Both the position numbers and the translations under genes were made by a program. Positions 42,681-51,733 of a stretch of DNA of 64,000 nt are shown in pieces; position 1 is the first letter of the stretch; each line of letters begins with the position of its first letter. The notes below the pieces were generated by a model. That model was not told the origin of the DNA, searched no databases, and saw nothing but the letters and a program-made list of their open reading frames with translations. The DNA comes from a bacterium (GTDB lineage Bacteria; SM23-31), in contig OZ252239.1 of the NCBI GenBank assembly GCA_965249485.1, forward strand, positions 3,200,001 to 3,264,000, read 5' to 3'.

Positions 42681-42832
42681 GATTCCTCCTCATCTTGATC
42701 TGACATGTAACCTATTTTATCCTGTCTGCTCGACACGGAGCAGGCATCGCCAAGTCAAGTAGGTACTCCCAGTTTAGGCAGAATGTAACCTGTTATAACA
42801 AAATATACAGCAATAATAAGAAGAACTTCCAT
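42653..42832 (-). CDS. Putative small membrane selenoprotein (U-x4-C), not in the ORF track
   Basis: MEVLLIIAVYFVITGYILPKLGVPT-TGA-LGDACSVS... to TAA at 42653. Fills the osmC-DUF302 gap; SECIS-like hairpin downstream of the TGA. Confidence 0.65.
42723..42746 (-). promoter_or_regulatory. Putative bacterial SECIS element
   Basis: mRNA reads UGA, 11 nt, then CUGCUC-CGUGUC-GAGCAG, extendable by UG/CA pairs; G in the apical loop. Confidence 0.6.
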
Positions 42833-42847
42833 GAGGGGTATCCAATT

Positions 42848-43261
42848 TTAGTTTTTCAACGTAAAGCCCCATGTGATTTTCGTTGCCAGTGCAAATGAAG
42901 CAACGACAGAACAGTATTTATTTATCGATAAATCTATAGCCTGTTTCAGCTCATTTTCAGTTAGTCCATTTTTCATTACGGTATAATGTATTGCAATTGC
43001 TGTAAACTTTTTAGGATGTGTTTCTGCACGCTCACCAGAGACGGTTATAACAAAATCATCTGGTGTTTTCCGCTTTTTCTCCAATATGACTACAATATCC
43101 ATTCCGGTGCAGCAGGCGACTGCCTGAAGAAGCACCTCCGTAGGTGACGGGCCGTGTGTCGTACCCGGTTTTCCCGAATCAAGTTCAATTGTATGTTGTG
43201 ATGGTGCTGTACAGGTAAAATGCATGTCACCTTGCCAGCGGGCTTCAATATCCACAATCAA
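42848..43261 (-). CDS. OsmC/YhfA family protein
   Basis: GPSP.E, CTGMD, G.R...HP and KYCSV motifs. Confidence 0.9.
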   Translation of the reverse strand: MIVDIEARWQGDMHFTCTAPSQHTIELDSGKPGTTHGPSPTEVLLQAVACCTGMDIVVILEKKRKTPDDFVITVSGERAETHPKKFTAIAIHYTVMKNGLTENELKQAIDLSINKYCSVVASFALATKITWGFTLKN

Positions 43262-43270
43262 ATTCTCCGG

Positions 43271-43609
43271 TTAGTTGTGTGTAGTATGGTTGTCAAGCAG
43301 TTCGGCAATCTTTTCTTTCGGCACCACACCTACTATCCTGTCAATCACTTTACCGTCTTTATAAAGCAATAATGACGGAACGCCCATAATTTTATAATTT
43401 ACTGCTATTTGTGTGTTGTCGTCAGTATTGACTTTTCCGACTTTAATTCTTCCAGAATACTCTTGTGCTAGTTCCTCAACCACAGGACCAATTATTCTGC
43501 ATGGTCCACACCACGGCGCCCAGAAATCAACGAGGACAGGAGTTTCAGACTTGAGTACTTCCTTGTCAAAGTTAGATTCATTCAGTGTTACATGATACTC
43601 CATTTTCAC
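43271..43609 (-). CDS. trxA: Thioredoxin
   Basis: DFWAPWCGPC active site. Confidence 0.96.
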   Translation of the reverse strand: MKMEYHVTLNESNFDKEVLKSETPVLVDFWAPWCGPCRIIGPVVEELAQEYSGRIKVGKVNTDDNTQIAVNYKIMGVPSLLLYKDGKVIDRIVGVVPKEKIAELLDNHTTHN

Positions 43610-43660
43610 GTACCTCCATGAGACGTTATCAATTATATTATCAACTCTTTCAATCTAATG

Positions 43661-43686
43661 GATGCACCGAAGTGAAAAAGGTTACA
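43661..43686 (-). promoter_or_regulatory. Possible ECF-sigma promoter upstream of trxA
   Basis: TGTAACC-N15-CATC, with the AAC-type -35 seen in ECF promoters; ECF gene adjacent. Confidence 0.35.
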
Positions 43687-43821
43687 CATTATTATGAGCG
43701 GATAAATCAATAATCAGAATTTTGGTTTTGATAGGGAATATTTAATATTTTTGCGATGCGAAAAATCTTAAAATTATACGTTTTTAACCAATAACGATGA
43801 CACAAACAGATTTGAACTAAA

Positions 43822-44040
43822 TTAAAGCTTTAATACTTTCATCAGCCTCTTTTGAACATCTTCCGGTATACAATCTTCCGGAAGCTCTTTGTACAGCTCT
43901 ACTGTTTTCCGAATTGTGTCAACATACGCACAACAGGTCGGACAGTCTTCGAGATGCTTCTTTATCTCCTTGCACTTATCCGAATCGAGATCTTCACCGA
44001 GCTGATCGCAAATCTCTTCAATTTTTCTTATACATTTCAT
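43822..44040 (-). CDS. Soluble zinc-binding anti-sigma factor (zf-HC2/ZAS)
   Basis: HLEDCPTC (HxxxCxxC); directly follows the ECF sigma. Confidence 0.88.
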   Translation of the reverse strand: MKCIRKIEEICDQLGEDLDSDKCKEIKKHLEDCPTCCAYVDTIRKTVELYKELPEDCIPEDVQKRLMKVLKL

Positions 44041-44051
44041 ATTAAGTTTCC

Positions 44052-44651
44052 TTATTGTGCCAACAACTCATCTGCAAGTTTATCCCGAAGAGCTATCCTG
44101 GCTCTCATCAGATTTGTTTTGACTGCCGGAACTGACATCTTCAGCATATCTGCTACTTCCTGTGTGGAAAAGTTCTCAATATCCCGCAAGATAAATACTG
44201 AACGATGATTCGGTGTTAAATCCTCGAGATGACTCATGATTTTTTCGGCAATTTCTTTGTTCTGTACTATCTCAAACGGTGATTGTGACAACTTTTTATT
44301 AACAGATTCATAGTCACGTGAAAGATCGATAGTATCATCAAGTGTCTCAAACACGCGCTTCCTGGATCTTAGTTTCATCAACGCTGCATTAGTTGCAATA
44401 CGATATATCCAGGTCGATAACCGTGACCTGCCTTCAAACGTTTTTATGTTCTTAATGACACTTAAGAATGTTTCCTGAAGTACATCTTCCGCATCTTCTT
44501 TATTGTGGAGCATCCGTAAAGAATAATTATAAACTTTATCGGTATAAGCTGTAACAATTTCAGTAATTGCATTTGAGTCTCCGCTTTGTGCTCTCAGCAC
44601 TAAATCTTTTTCCGAGAATCCATTTGTGTCCGTAATAGTATGATGCACCAT
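44052..44651 (-). CDS. ECF sigma-70 factor
   Basis: DAED.LQETFL, STWIYRIATN and E.A..L......VK....RAR motifs. Confidence 0.94.
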   Translation of the reverse strand: MVHHTITDTNGFSEKDLVLRAQSGDSNAITEIVTAYTDKVYNYSLRMLHNKEDAEDVLQETFLSVIKNIKTFEGRSRLSTWIYRIATNAALMKLRSRKRVFETLDDTIDLSRDYESVNKKLSQSPFEIVQNKEIAEKIMSHLEDLTPNHRSVFILRDIENFSTQEVADMLKMSVPAVKTNLMRARIALRDKLADELLAQ

Positions 44652-44889
44652 ATCACAATTCAGTTACAAAAAAATTTTAATTCATTTTACTACGATAATA
44701 TAACGATAACACAATTTTATTTCTAATGAAATCTTCGCATTTGAAATATGTAAATTGATGGTGAAATCAAGGGAGATGAAATTAAAGATACTATATGACA
44801 GTTGGAGAACAAAACTATTGAATATAAAAAGTAAAAATAGTACATTGGTTGCCGATTATTCAGTGCGAAATATACGCACATCTCTCAAT

Positions 44890-44973
44890 GGAGGACTAGT
44901 CCTAATTGGTAAGGCAGCGGTCTTGAAAACCGCCGAGGGAAACCTCTTGGGGGTTCGAGTCCCTCGTCCTCCG
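44890..44973 (+). tRNA. tRNA-Ser (anticodon UGA), prophage attachment site
   Basis: Acceptor stem GGAGGAC/GTCCTCC, discriminator G, anticodon arm GCGGT-ctTGAaa-ACCGC, long variable arm, GGGGG-TTCGAGT-CCCTC T arm; CCA not encoded. Confidence 0.95.
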
Positions 44974-45124
44974 CAACTCTACAAACCCTTATCACACAAG
45001 AGGTTAGAGAAGTTGTGGCTTTGAAGGTTAGAGTATCTTCAAAGCTCCGATTTCCAAAAGTGTACCGTATTCTTACCATAATTCCTTACTTATACCCTAT
45101 TCCTACCCTACTACATATCTATTA

Positions 45125-46171
45125 CTACCACAGTTCAATCTTGTTGATTGACTCCTGTAAATCTTGCACAGTATAATGTATATACCTAAGTGTGATACTT
45201 ATATCCGAGTGACCTAATATCCTCTGAATTTCAACAACCTCTACACCTGCCTTTGAGAGGAGACTCGCACAAGTGTGTCGAAGGTTATGCTCTGTGACTT
45301 TGCCTTTGATTTGAGCATTCTGGAGAGCAGTTTTGAAACTGGCTCTAAAGTCGGACTTCCTCATCTCTCCATTAGGAGCAGGGAACAAATACCTAGACTT
45401 GGACTCTTCCTTCAAGGCTCTAAGTATAGGTTCTAGTTGAGGATTGATTCCTATGATTCTCTCTTTGTTGCTTTTAGTTGAAGAGGCTCTACTTCTCCTT
45501 ATCTTTATGAGTTTGTTTTCAAAGTCTACCTCACTCCATGTGAGAGCTATCATCTCTCCTTGTCTCATCCCTGTGTAGATGTAAGTAGCCCAAAGGGGTT
45601 TAGTCTTAGGTGTAGAGTTTATCAGTCTGAGGCACTCATCAACAGAAAGGTGTCTAATCCCTTCGGAAGTGTTATTCTCTTTGAACTTCTTAAGATCTCG
45701 AAGGGGATTTCTAGGGATATAGCCCTTGCTCTGTGCAAAAGCACAGAAGGCAGATAGATGGTCGTGCCATCTGTTCTTAGTAGAAGGTTGAAGTTCTCTT
45801 CCTGTTATGGTATGGAGATTTAGGAGGAATTGTTTGAAGTCATCAGAAGTTAAGGTGTTGAGAAGTCGGTTGCCAAGTGCTTTCTTAATATACTTAGACC
45901 TATAAATAATATTTCTCCAGTGACTAGGCTTGATGTAAGGCTCTCTCTCTTTGACGTACTCATCTATGAGGTCAGAAAAGAGGAGGACTTTTAAAGGAGT
46001 GGTATTTCCTTCTCCATTTACTTTCTGCTCCCAACTGAAACGTCTCTGCTCTGCAATCTTCTTATCTCTAGTCTGGAGAGAGATGCGTCTATCCCTACCA
46101 TTAAGAACGAAGCGAACTCTGTAGATACCGTTCTTGTGTTTGTCTGAAGTGACTGGAATGTGATAGGACAT
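45125..46171 (-). CDS. int: Tyrosine recombinase/phage integrase
   Basis: TGMRQGE (R), TKS (K), HNLRH, LGHS and RY catalytic set. Start at 46171 is coupled to the xis stop (TAATG). Confidence 0.95.
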   Translation of the reverse strand: MSYHIPVTSDKHKNGIYRVRFVLNGRDRRISLQTRDKKIAEQRRFSWEQKVNGEGNTTPLKVLLFSDLIDEYVKEREPYIKPSHWRNIIYRSKYIKKALGNRLLNTLTSDDFKQFLLNLHTITGRELQPSTKNRWHDHLSAFCAFAQSKGYIPRNPLRDLKKFKENNTSEGIRHLSVDECLRLINSTPKTKPLWATYIYTGMRQGEMIALTWSEVDFENKLIKIRRSRASSTKSNKERIIGINPQLEPILRALKEESKSRYLFPAPNGEMRKSDFRASFKTALQNAQIKGKVTEHNLRHTCASLLSKAGVEVVEIQRILGHSDISITLRYIHYTVQDLQESINKIELW

Positions 46172-46350
46172 TAAGCTGAGACCCTCCCATGACTTAACAT
46201 CCATTTGTCAATCTCTTCTTTATTAAAGAATATCCAACTCCCCTTCTTATGACAGGGCATTCCATCTTTAACCCAACTAATTATCGTAGCCTTGTGGACT
46301 CCAAAGTATTCTGCTACAGCTTTGTAACCTTTAATCCATGAAGAAGTCAT
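46171..46350 (-). CDS. Excisionase-like HTH protein (59 aa, below the ORF-track cutoff)
   Basis: MTSSWIKGYKAVAEYFGVHKATIISWVKDGMPCHKKGSWIFFNKEEIDKWM, directly upstream of int. Confidence 0.82.
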   Translation of the reverse strand: MTSSWIKGYKAVAEYFGVHKATIISWVKDGMPCHKKGSWIFFNKEEIDKWMLSHGRVSA

Positions 46351-46354
46351 AATA

Positions 46355-46834
46355 TTAGCCTTTGATTAGGAACTCATTTTTAAGGTCTTTAAGAGTATAG
46401 ATTCTAGTATCACAATTAATTACAGCAGAGGCCTCTTTCTTTTCCTCATACTCTTTTTTAACTATGGATAGAAGTGATAGCTTCTTATCAATAGCAGTAA
46501 TAGCACTCTGTTCAAGCTTGATTGCTCTGATTAGAGTCTCTAATATGTACAACTCTCTCTTAGTCTCAAGAGAAAGGTTCTTCCCTAAATTGTCGTGCTC
46601 AAGTTTCTCTAGTTGATTAAGAGCAAGTTCTTTCTTCTGAGCAAGGAGTTTAACCTCATAAGGACAGGAGCACTCCTCTTTAACGAAGCCACACTCTATG
46701 CAGACAGGACAGGTGCAGTCTATCTGTTCACAGATGTGACAAGGCTCACAAGAAGGCTCAAGGTAGCTTGCTTCGCAACTCTTCATAGCTTCCTCATTAC
46801 GACTCTGGTGCATGTCATATTTGTCAAAGCTCAT
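46355..46834 (-). CDS. Phage hypothetical, Cys-rich N-terminal region
   Basis: Tightly packed ORF with CxxC clusters. Confidence 0.65.
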   Translation of the reverse strand: MSFDKYDMHQSRNEEAMKSCEASYLEPSCEPCHICEQIDCTCPVCIECGFVKEECSCPYEVKLLAQKKELALNQLEKLEHDNLGKNLSLETKRELYILETLIRAIKLEQSAITAIDKKLSLLSIVKKEYEEKKEASAVINCDTRIYTLKDLKNEFLIKG

Positions 46835-46837
46835 TAC

Positions 46838-47176
46838 TTATCTTCTTCCAACTAACAACTTTTGTTGATAAGGAGTAAGGGAGTCGAAAATCTCTTTAAC
46901 TTCTACTCTTTGCTCTTCCTGAGTCATTCTCTGTCTACGCTGTTTCTTCCGTTTCCTTTCCCTGACCTTCCGGTCACTCCGCATCTGTTTGAGGTTAGCC
47001 TCAGCTCGAGCATTCTCTTCCAATGACCGGATATGAACATTAGATGTTCCTCCCTCAAGAGTTTTCCTCTCCTCTGGTGACCTATCAGGTCTAGCTTGAT
47101 TCTGCTGTACTCTAGAGGAAGTGAGCTTTCTTATTAAGTGCTCCTTGCTCTGAGGGTCTATTGTTAGTTTGTTCAT
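46838..47176 (-). CDS. Phage hypothetical basic protein
   Basis: Overlapping start/stop with neighbours. Confidence 0.65.
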   Translation of the reverse strand: MNKLTIDPQSKEHLIRKLTSSRVQQNQARPDRSPEERKTLEGGTSNVHIRSLEENARAEANLKQMRSDRKVRERKRKKQRRQRMTQEEQRVEVKEIFDSLTPYQQKLLVGRR

Positions 47177-47439
47177 TCGTTTATCTTTATTCCCTTTTTT
47201 TCTAATAACTTCTTACAGCCTTTTTCTCTATCTTTAAAGATGAAGGCTCTACACTCTAATTTGTTCATAAGTAATAACATCATGTACATCTCTGGCTTTG
47301 TAGGATTAGTCCATTCAATATGATTGCCTTCTTTAGTGAGGCTTACACAAGCTCTTTCAAGACCACATTCAGCCTTCTCTAAGAATTGAACTTTATGCCT
47401 ATGTGCAAATCGGATTAGTTTCTTTTCTTCTAAGGTCAT
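47173..47439 (-). CDS. Phage hypothetical
   Basis: 4-nt overlaps with both neighbours. Confidence 0.65.
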   Translation of the reverse strand: MTLEEKKLIRFAHRHKVQFLEKAECGLERACVSLTKEGNHIEWTNPTKPEMYMMLLLMNKLECRAFIFKDREKGCKKLLEKKGIKINE

Positions 47440-47774
47440 TCTTCTTCTCCAAAGATAACTTCCCTCTCCTTATATTCTGTGAAACTCTGGAGAGAGTTTC
47501 TACCTCTATCTCTCTTAAAGAGCAAGAGGTTAAGCTTTCCATGTTTATTCACGAAGTAAGAACATACTATTATATTCATTGTTGGTAGACCGGTCGGTAG
47601 AATGTAGTCGGTCGGTTTGGAATGCTTCAAAGCCTGTTCTGCCAACCTATACATAGTAGTAGTACCAAAAGGAGAGATAAAAGAATCAGAGATGTACTTA
47701 ACATTTCCCCATTCCTTAGCCTTCTCAAAGTTGTGAGCACTTTTATTAACTATCCAGACTGTAGGCTCTGGCAT
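47436..47774 (-). CDS. Phage hypothetical
   Basis: Strong AAGGAG RBS, 112 aa. Confidence 0.75.
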   Translation of the reverse strand: MPEPTVWIVNKSAHNFEKAKEWGNVKYISDSFISPFGTTTMYRLAEQALKHSKPTDYILPTGLPTMNIIVCSYFVNKHGKLNLLLFKRDRGRNSLQSFTEYKEREVIFGEEE

Positions 47775-47792
47775 TTAAGTTATCTCCTTTTA

Positions 47793-48294
47793 AGGTCTAC
47801 TGAAACTCTAATTTCTGGTAAGAAATCGGGCTATCCTTTCAAACTTTCTTCTCTGACTCCTATAAATAAAGAAAGGGCAGAAATCCGAGGCTACACTCAC
47901 AAGAAGGTTACTTCTAATGAATCGGAAATCTGCCCTGTTTTGGGCATAAAAAACCTTCTCGTAAAGGGTAGCCGCTCATACCATAAGAAATAAAGTCCAT
48001 AAAGTCAAGTCCTAGTTATTTTCTCTAAAGGTCTAATTAGAACGACCGATTTCTAGAAAGAAATTAGAGTCTAGACCTCTTTCAAATTAGCTCTATGAGA
48101 CAGTCTCAAAACCCTGCTAAGTCTGTCAAATGACTTAAGGTTGTGCACAAGAACATCAAGGAAGTGTACTCAGGTAAGTTCATAGAGTGTAGTACTCGAG
48201 TCCTTAGCCTTTCTGCAAGCCTCATCTGGCCTACTTCGGAGTGTTCTTTTCCCTTATTGCTAGCTTGACTGTAGCTTAGAAACTGTCTCAGAGA
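47793..48294. ncRNA. Candidate large structured non-coding RNA(s), two domains
   Basis: Multiple nested complementary segments in a 616-bp intergenic region (details in findings). Strand unresolved. Confidence 0.55.
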
Positions 48295-48334
48295 ACTCTC
48301 TCACTTAGAGAGTGAACATTATTACAACTAGGCT

Positions 48335-48372
48335 CAAAGAAGATGGAGAAGGTTTCAAAGCCCTCTCCCTCT
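48335..48372 (-). terminator. Terminator-like hairpin after ORF 48391..48768
   Basis: Minus strand GGAGAGGG-ctttgaaa-CCTTCTCC then ATCTTCTTT. Confidence 0.5.
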
Positions 48373-48390
48373 ACTGAGAATTGTCTTGAG

Positions 48391-48768
48391 CTATTTCTGT
48401 CCTGAGGCTACTTTGTTGAGGTACTCTCGAATGCGTTCTTGGTCTGCCGGATTCATCTTACCTATAGCACTCTGAGTCTTGTCAACTGGGGTCTGTCTCT
48501 GAGCCGGAATAGAAGGAACATAAGGGTTGAACTTCTCAAGCTGAGCAATCTGTTCGGGAGTGTAGACAAACTTCCTATCACCATTCCTACTAACAAGGTG
48601 ATTTTTCAAAGCTCCTGTAAGAGCTTCCTTCACACTCTTGTTGTAATGGTAGACTACGACTCCTTCATCTAACTTCTGGAGGTCTGTAAAGCTCTCAGCC
48701 TCTTTGTGTTGTACCGACACAGACCTTTTACCATCCTGAGTCTGTGTACTAATTGTTGCTTCTTTCAT
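48391..48768 (-). CDS. Phage hypothetical
   Basis: AAGGAG RBS, 125 aa. Confidence 0.75.
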   Translation of the reverse strand: MKEATISTQTQDGKRSVSVQHKEAESFTDLQKLDEGVVVYHYNKSVKEALTGALKNHLVSRNGDRKFVYTPEQIAQLEKFNPYVPSIPAQRQTPVDKTQSAIGKMNPADQERIREYLNKVASGQK

Positions 48769-48912
48769 TTCTCTTTCTCCTTTTTAGGGTTTATTATGGC
48801 TACTGTTTATGCCTTGAGCCTCTCCTACCATAATTTTCATACCTCTTAGTTATTTAGTTATCTGTATACTAGTTCTGAATTAAGAAGCTATCGTTATAGC
48901 TCCAAAGTTCTT

Positions 48913-49389
48913 TTAATCCTCTTTTTCAAAGTCAAAGTCAAAGTCATAAAGGTCGTCATTTTTTTCGGGCTCATCTTTACCTTCTTTCTTCCTCTTCTCC
49001 TTATCTGCATGGTCAGCCGCATCAATATCTATAGCTTTTTGTAGCCCCGGACTTATAGGTCTATCTGCTCCTTTGACTGAGTTTTCTATACTCTGTTGAG
49101 TAATTTTTTTAATTATCTTTTGTCTGTATCTTGAGACTCTTCTCGTTTGCTTTAATCTAGTAGTCTCAAGAAAGGCTTCTGCATCTTCAACAGCCCTAAA
49201 CTCTTCTCCCAAAGAGTTCTTTATTAAAATCTCTGCAAAGTCTCTTGTAATCTCTGCTCCTAACATATTGTATGATCCTATGGGTCTCCCAGCCTTAACA
49301 AAGTAAGACGCTATAGTAGCAAGGTCTCTGATGTCTACTTTTGCTTCATAGAATGCTTGCGCTTCTTTCTTAATAACCATAATTTTCAT
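48913..49389 (-). CDS. Phage hypothetical with acidic C-terminal tail
   Basis: GAGG RBS; ends DDLYDFDFDFEKED. Confidence 0.7.
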   Translation of the reverse strand: MKIMVIKKEAQAFYEAKVDIRDLATIASYFVKAGRPIGSYNMLGAEITRDFAEILIKNSLGEEFRAVEDAEAFLETTRLKQTRRVSRYRQKIIKKITQQSIENSVKGADRPISPGLQKAIDIDAADHADKEKRKKEGKDEPEKNDDLYDFDFDFEKED

Positions 49390-49417
49390 ACCTCTGAAGT
49401 GTGACTTTTCAACTTAG

Positions 49418-49987
49418 TTATTTAGTTATCTTAAGTAAAAAACTTGGCTCGAAGCTCCAAATTTCCGAGTCACCTTTAGCCTCTTCGTCACCTTTAGCCT
49501 CTTCTAACCGTCTTTTAATATAAGTGATAATACTAAGATTCTGCTTATTAATTTTGGTAATTTCTGTTTGTTCTTCTGCTTCTTCTAATTCTTCTATTGC
49601 TTTAGATAAACTTCTCCCATTATAAATATAGTCTTTTGCTGTATATCCTTCATAATCTATTCTCCCTATATAAAAATAAGGTGTACCGTCTTTAGTCTGA
49701 TAGGAGACTGAATGTTTTAAACACTCCTCTTTTTGACTTTGTGTAAAGTCTTCACCGATATACTCAACTACACTCTCTCGGCTCCTTTGTCCTTCTTGAA
49801 CTATTATATTTATTAGATTTACTTCTTTAAGAGTACCTATAAAATCCTTGAAATTCTTAGTAGACATTTCAGGATAGAATCTTATATAGAGTTTCTCAAA
49901 AGTGAGCCCTGAGTTCTCCTGAATATAGTCTTTAATCTCTATTAGATGTTTATGTCTAATGTTTAGTAACTCTTTCTTTGTAGTCAT
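49418..49987 (-). CDS. Phage hypothetical, possible winged-helix N-terminus
   Basis: AAGGAG RBS; EEAKGD tandem repeat; wHTH by pattern only. Confidence 0.65.
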   Translation of the reverse strand: MTTKKELLNIRHKHLIEIKDYIQENSGLTFEKLYIRFYPEMSTKNFKDFIGTLKEVNLINIIVQEGQRSRESVVEYIGEDFTQSQKEECLKHSVSYQTKDGTPYFYIGRIDYEGYTAKDYIYNGRSLSKAIEELEEAEEQTEITKINKQNLSIITYIKRRLEEAKGDEEAKGDSEIWSFEPSFLLKITK

Positions 49988-50728
49988 CTTTTATTACTTT
50001 CTCCTTTTATGAATGGCTCTTCTCTAAACTCTACTTCAAAGAATTAAAGTACTCTCCATACTTACCTATCATCTGCTGAGCCACTAAGTTTCCTTCCTCT
50101 TGTTGAATACTCTCCTCTGTTTGTGCCTGTGTGAGGAATTTGAGCTTTAGGGGGTCTGTGACTGTTATGACTGGAGAGGTCTTCTCTTTGTCTTGAGTCA
50201 TGTGAGTACCTTTTTTTGGTGGTAAAGCTGAACGGTTGAAAAGTAAGTATTTTTTTCATTAAATGCAAGTAAATTCTATTATATTTTGTTGAGTTTTATT
50301 TAATTCTATTATATTCGTTTAATATTTAAGGGGGGCTCCTCTATTTCAGAGCAGACAAAATCTTTCTTACTTTTTATTATTTATTTTTTTTATTTATTAT
50401 TTAACTATATATAAAATATAGTGTTAGAGGTTTTTCTCTTGTCCTCTAAATTTGAGAGGGGGGGGGTCTGTTTTGAGTAAGAACTCTATATTTTACTATG
50501 ATTGAAAAGAAGAGGAAAGAAGACCTTGTGTTTTAGACCCTTGCCTCTATCATCTAAGTATAGTAATATCAATAACTTAAAGAAATCCCCCATTCCATAA
50601 ATCAATTCTAAGACACTTTCATAAACACCCATCTTATCAACCTTGCCTACCTCGCAAAGTGCTCTCTCTGTTGCTCCTATGAAGCAAAATTTTCCTTATT
50701 TCTGCTCTCCTCTAAGTTTTACTGTGCT

Positions 50729-50938
50729 CTAAGTCCTTACCAGAGCATAACTTACTAAAGTCTCTGCCTTTCCTCTTTTAATCTCTTTGCACAAGTTAAG
50801 CCTTTCCTGCTTCTCACTGTCTGCTCTAGTGATTGCCTTCAGGAGATACATTTTAAAGTGTCCTTGGTCTCCGGTGAAGTGCAAGTCAAAAATCTTCTCT
50901 GCTGACATTCCATGTGTTTTGAGTTCTTGAATTTTCAT
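50729..50938 (-). CDS. Phage hypothetical
   Basis: AAGGAG RBS. Confidence 0.6.
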   Translation of the reverse strand: MKIQELKTHGMSAEKIFDLHFTGDQGHFKMYLLKAITRADSEKQERLNLCKEIKRGKAETLVSYALVRT

Positions 50939-50956
50939 TGTTGGTCTCCTTAAATT

Positions 50957-51265
50957 TTAGTTAGTTTCTCTAAACTCAACCCATACTTCTCTTATATAAG
51001 TCTCTTCATAGTCTGTATATTCCTGTCTGGACTCAAAGACCCATCCAACTTGTTTACTCTCTCTTCCCTTTTCATATTGAATCATACCTTTGTTTAAGAG
51101 GTAAATAGGTACGTTATCTTTATATAGATTACCAGTGCATCTTCCATATTCTTTTTGAAGGTATCGAAAGAGCTTGCCTCTATCATCTGTAAAAGGTTCA
51201 TACCAACCTGTATCTCCAAAGATATGCTTGTCTTTCTCTATAAATATTTCTTTGATTTCTAACAT
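50957..51265 (-). CDS. Phage hypothetical
   Basis: AAGGAG RBS; EYGRC.G..Y.D and GWVF motifs. Confidence 0.7.
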   Translation of the reverse strand: MLEIKEIFIEKDKHIFGDTGWYEPFTDDRGKLFRYLQKEYGRCTGNLYKDNVPIYLLNKGMIQYEKGRESKQVGWVFESRQEYTDYEETYIREVWVEFRETN

Positions 51266-51285
51266 TGTACTAACTCCTTCCTTTC

Positions 51286-51510
51286 CTACAGTCTAACATT
51301 ACTAATAGCTATATCTCCTAGACTATCTAGGATGACATAATATTGAGTCAGTTCAAAGACTCGAATATCTCTTCTCATTCCTGATTTATGAGTACCATCA
51401 ACACTCACCATATACATATAATTAGAGCCTTGAATTATATGAATGTAGTAGTACTTCCCTAGATTCTTAGACTGAACTAAGAGCACTCTCATTGTTAGTT
51501 CTGAATACAT
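51286..51510 (-). CDS. Phage hypothetical
   Basis: AAGGA RBS; co-oriented with neighbours. Confidence 0.55.
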   Translation of the reverse strand: MYSELTMRVLLVQSKNLGKYYYIHIIQGSNYMYMVSVDGTHKSGMRRDIRVFELTQYYVILDSLGDIAISNVRL

Positions 51511-51733
51511 AGTTTATTTTCCTTTCTTATTTAACCTTTTCTCTTTCTTACTCTGAGAGATTTTCTCCAGAGCTAACTCAACCTGCTCTTTGCTCCTATG
51601 TTGACTGACTTTCCTACCCGACCTGTTGCTCCAGAGTTCATACTTCACTCCTTCTTGAGGTGTACCGGACTTACCCGTAAATCAGTAAGCCTTCTCCTTG
51701 ACTGTATACTTGAGTTCTATGTTCATTCTTTAG

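Noticed and set aside
44890..44973. tRNA as tRNA-Sec or a UGA suppressor
   Set aside because: The anticodon is UGA (reads UCA, Ser), not UCA, and the acceptor stem is a normal 7 bp.
46171..46350. Frameshift in the excisionase gene
   Set aside because: Recounting the G run shows an intact 59-aa frame; it is merely under the ORF-track cutoff.
48181..48235. Hammerhead ribozyme on the minus strand (CAGATGA...GAAA)
   Set aside because: The core is not CUGANGA and the three stems could not be built.
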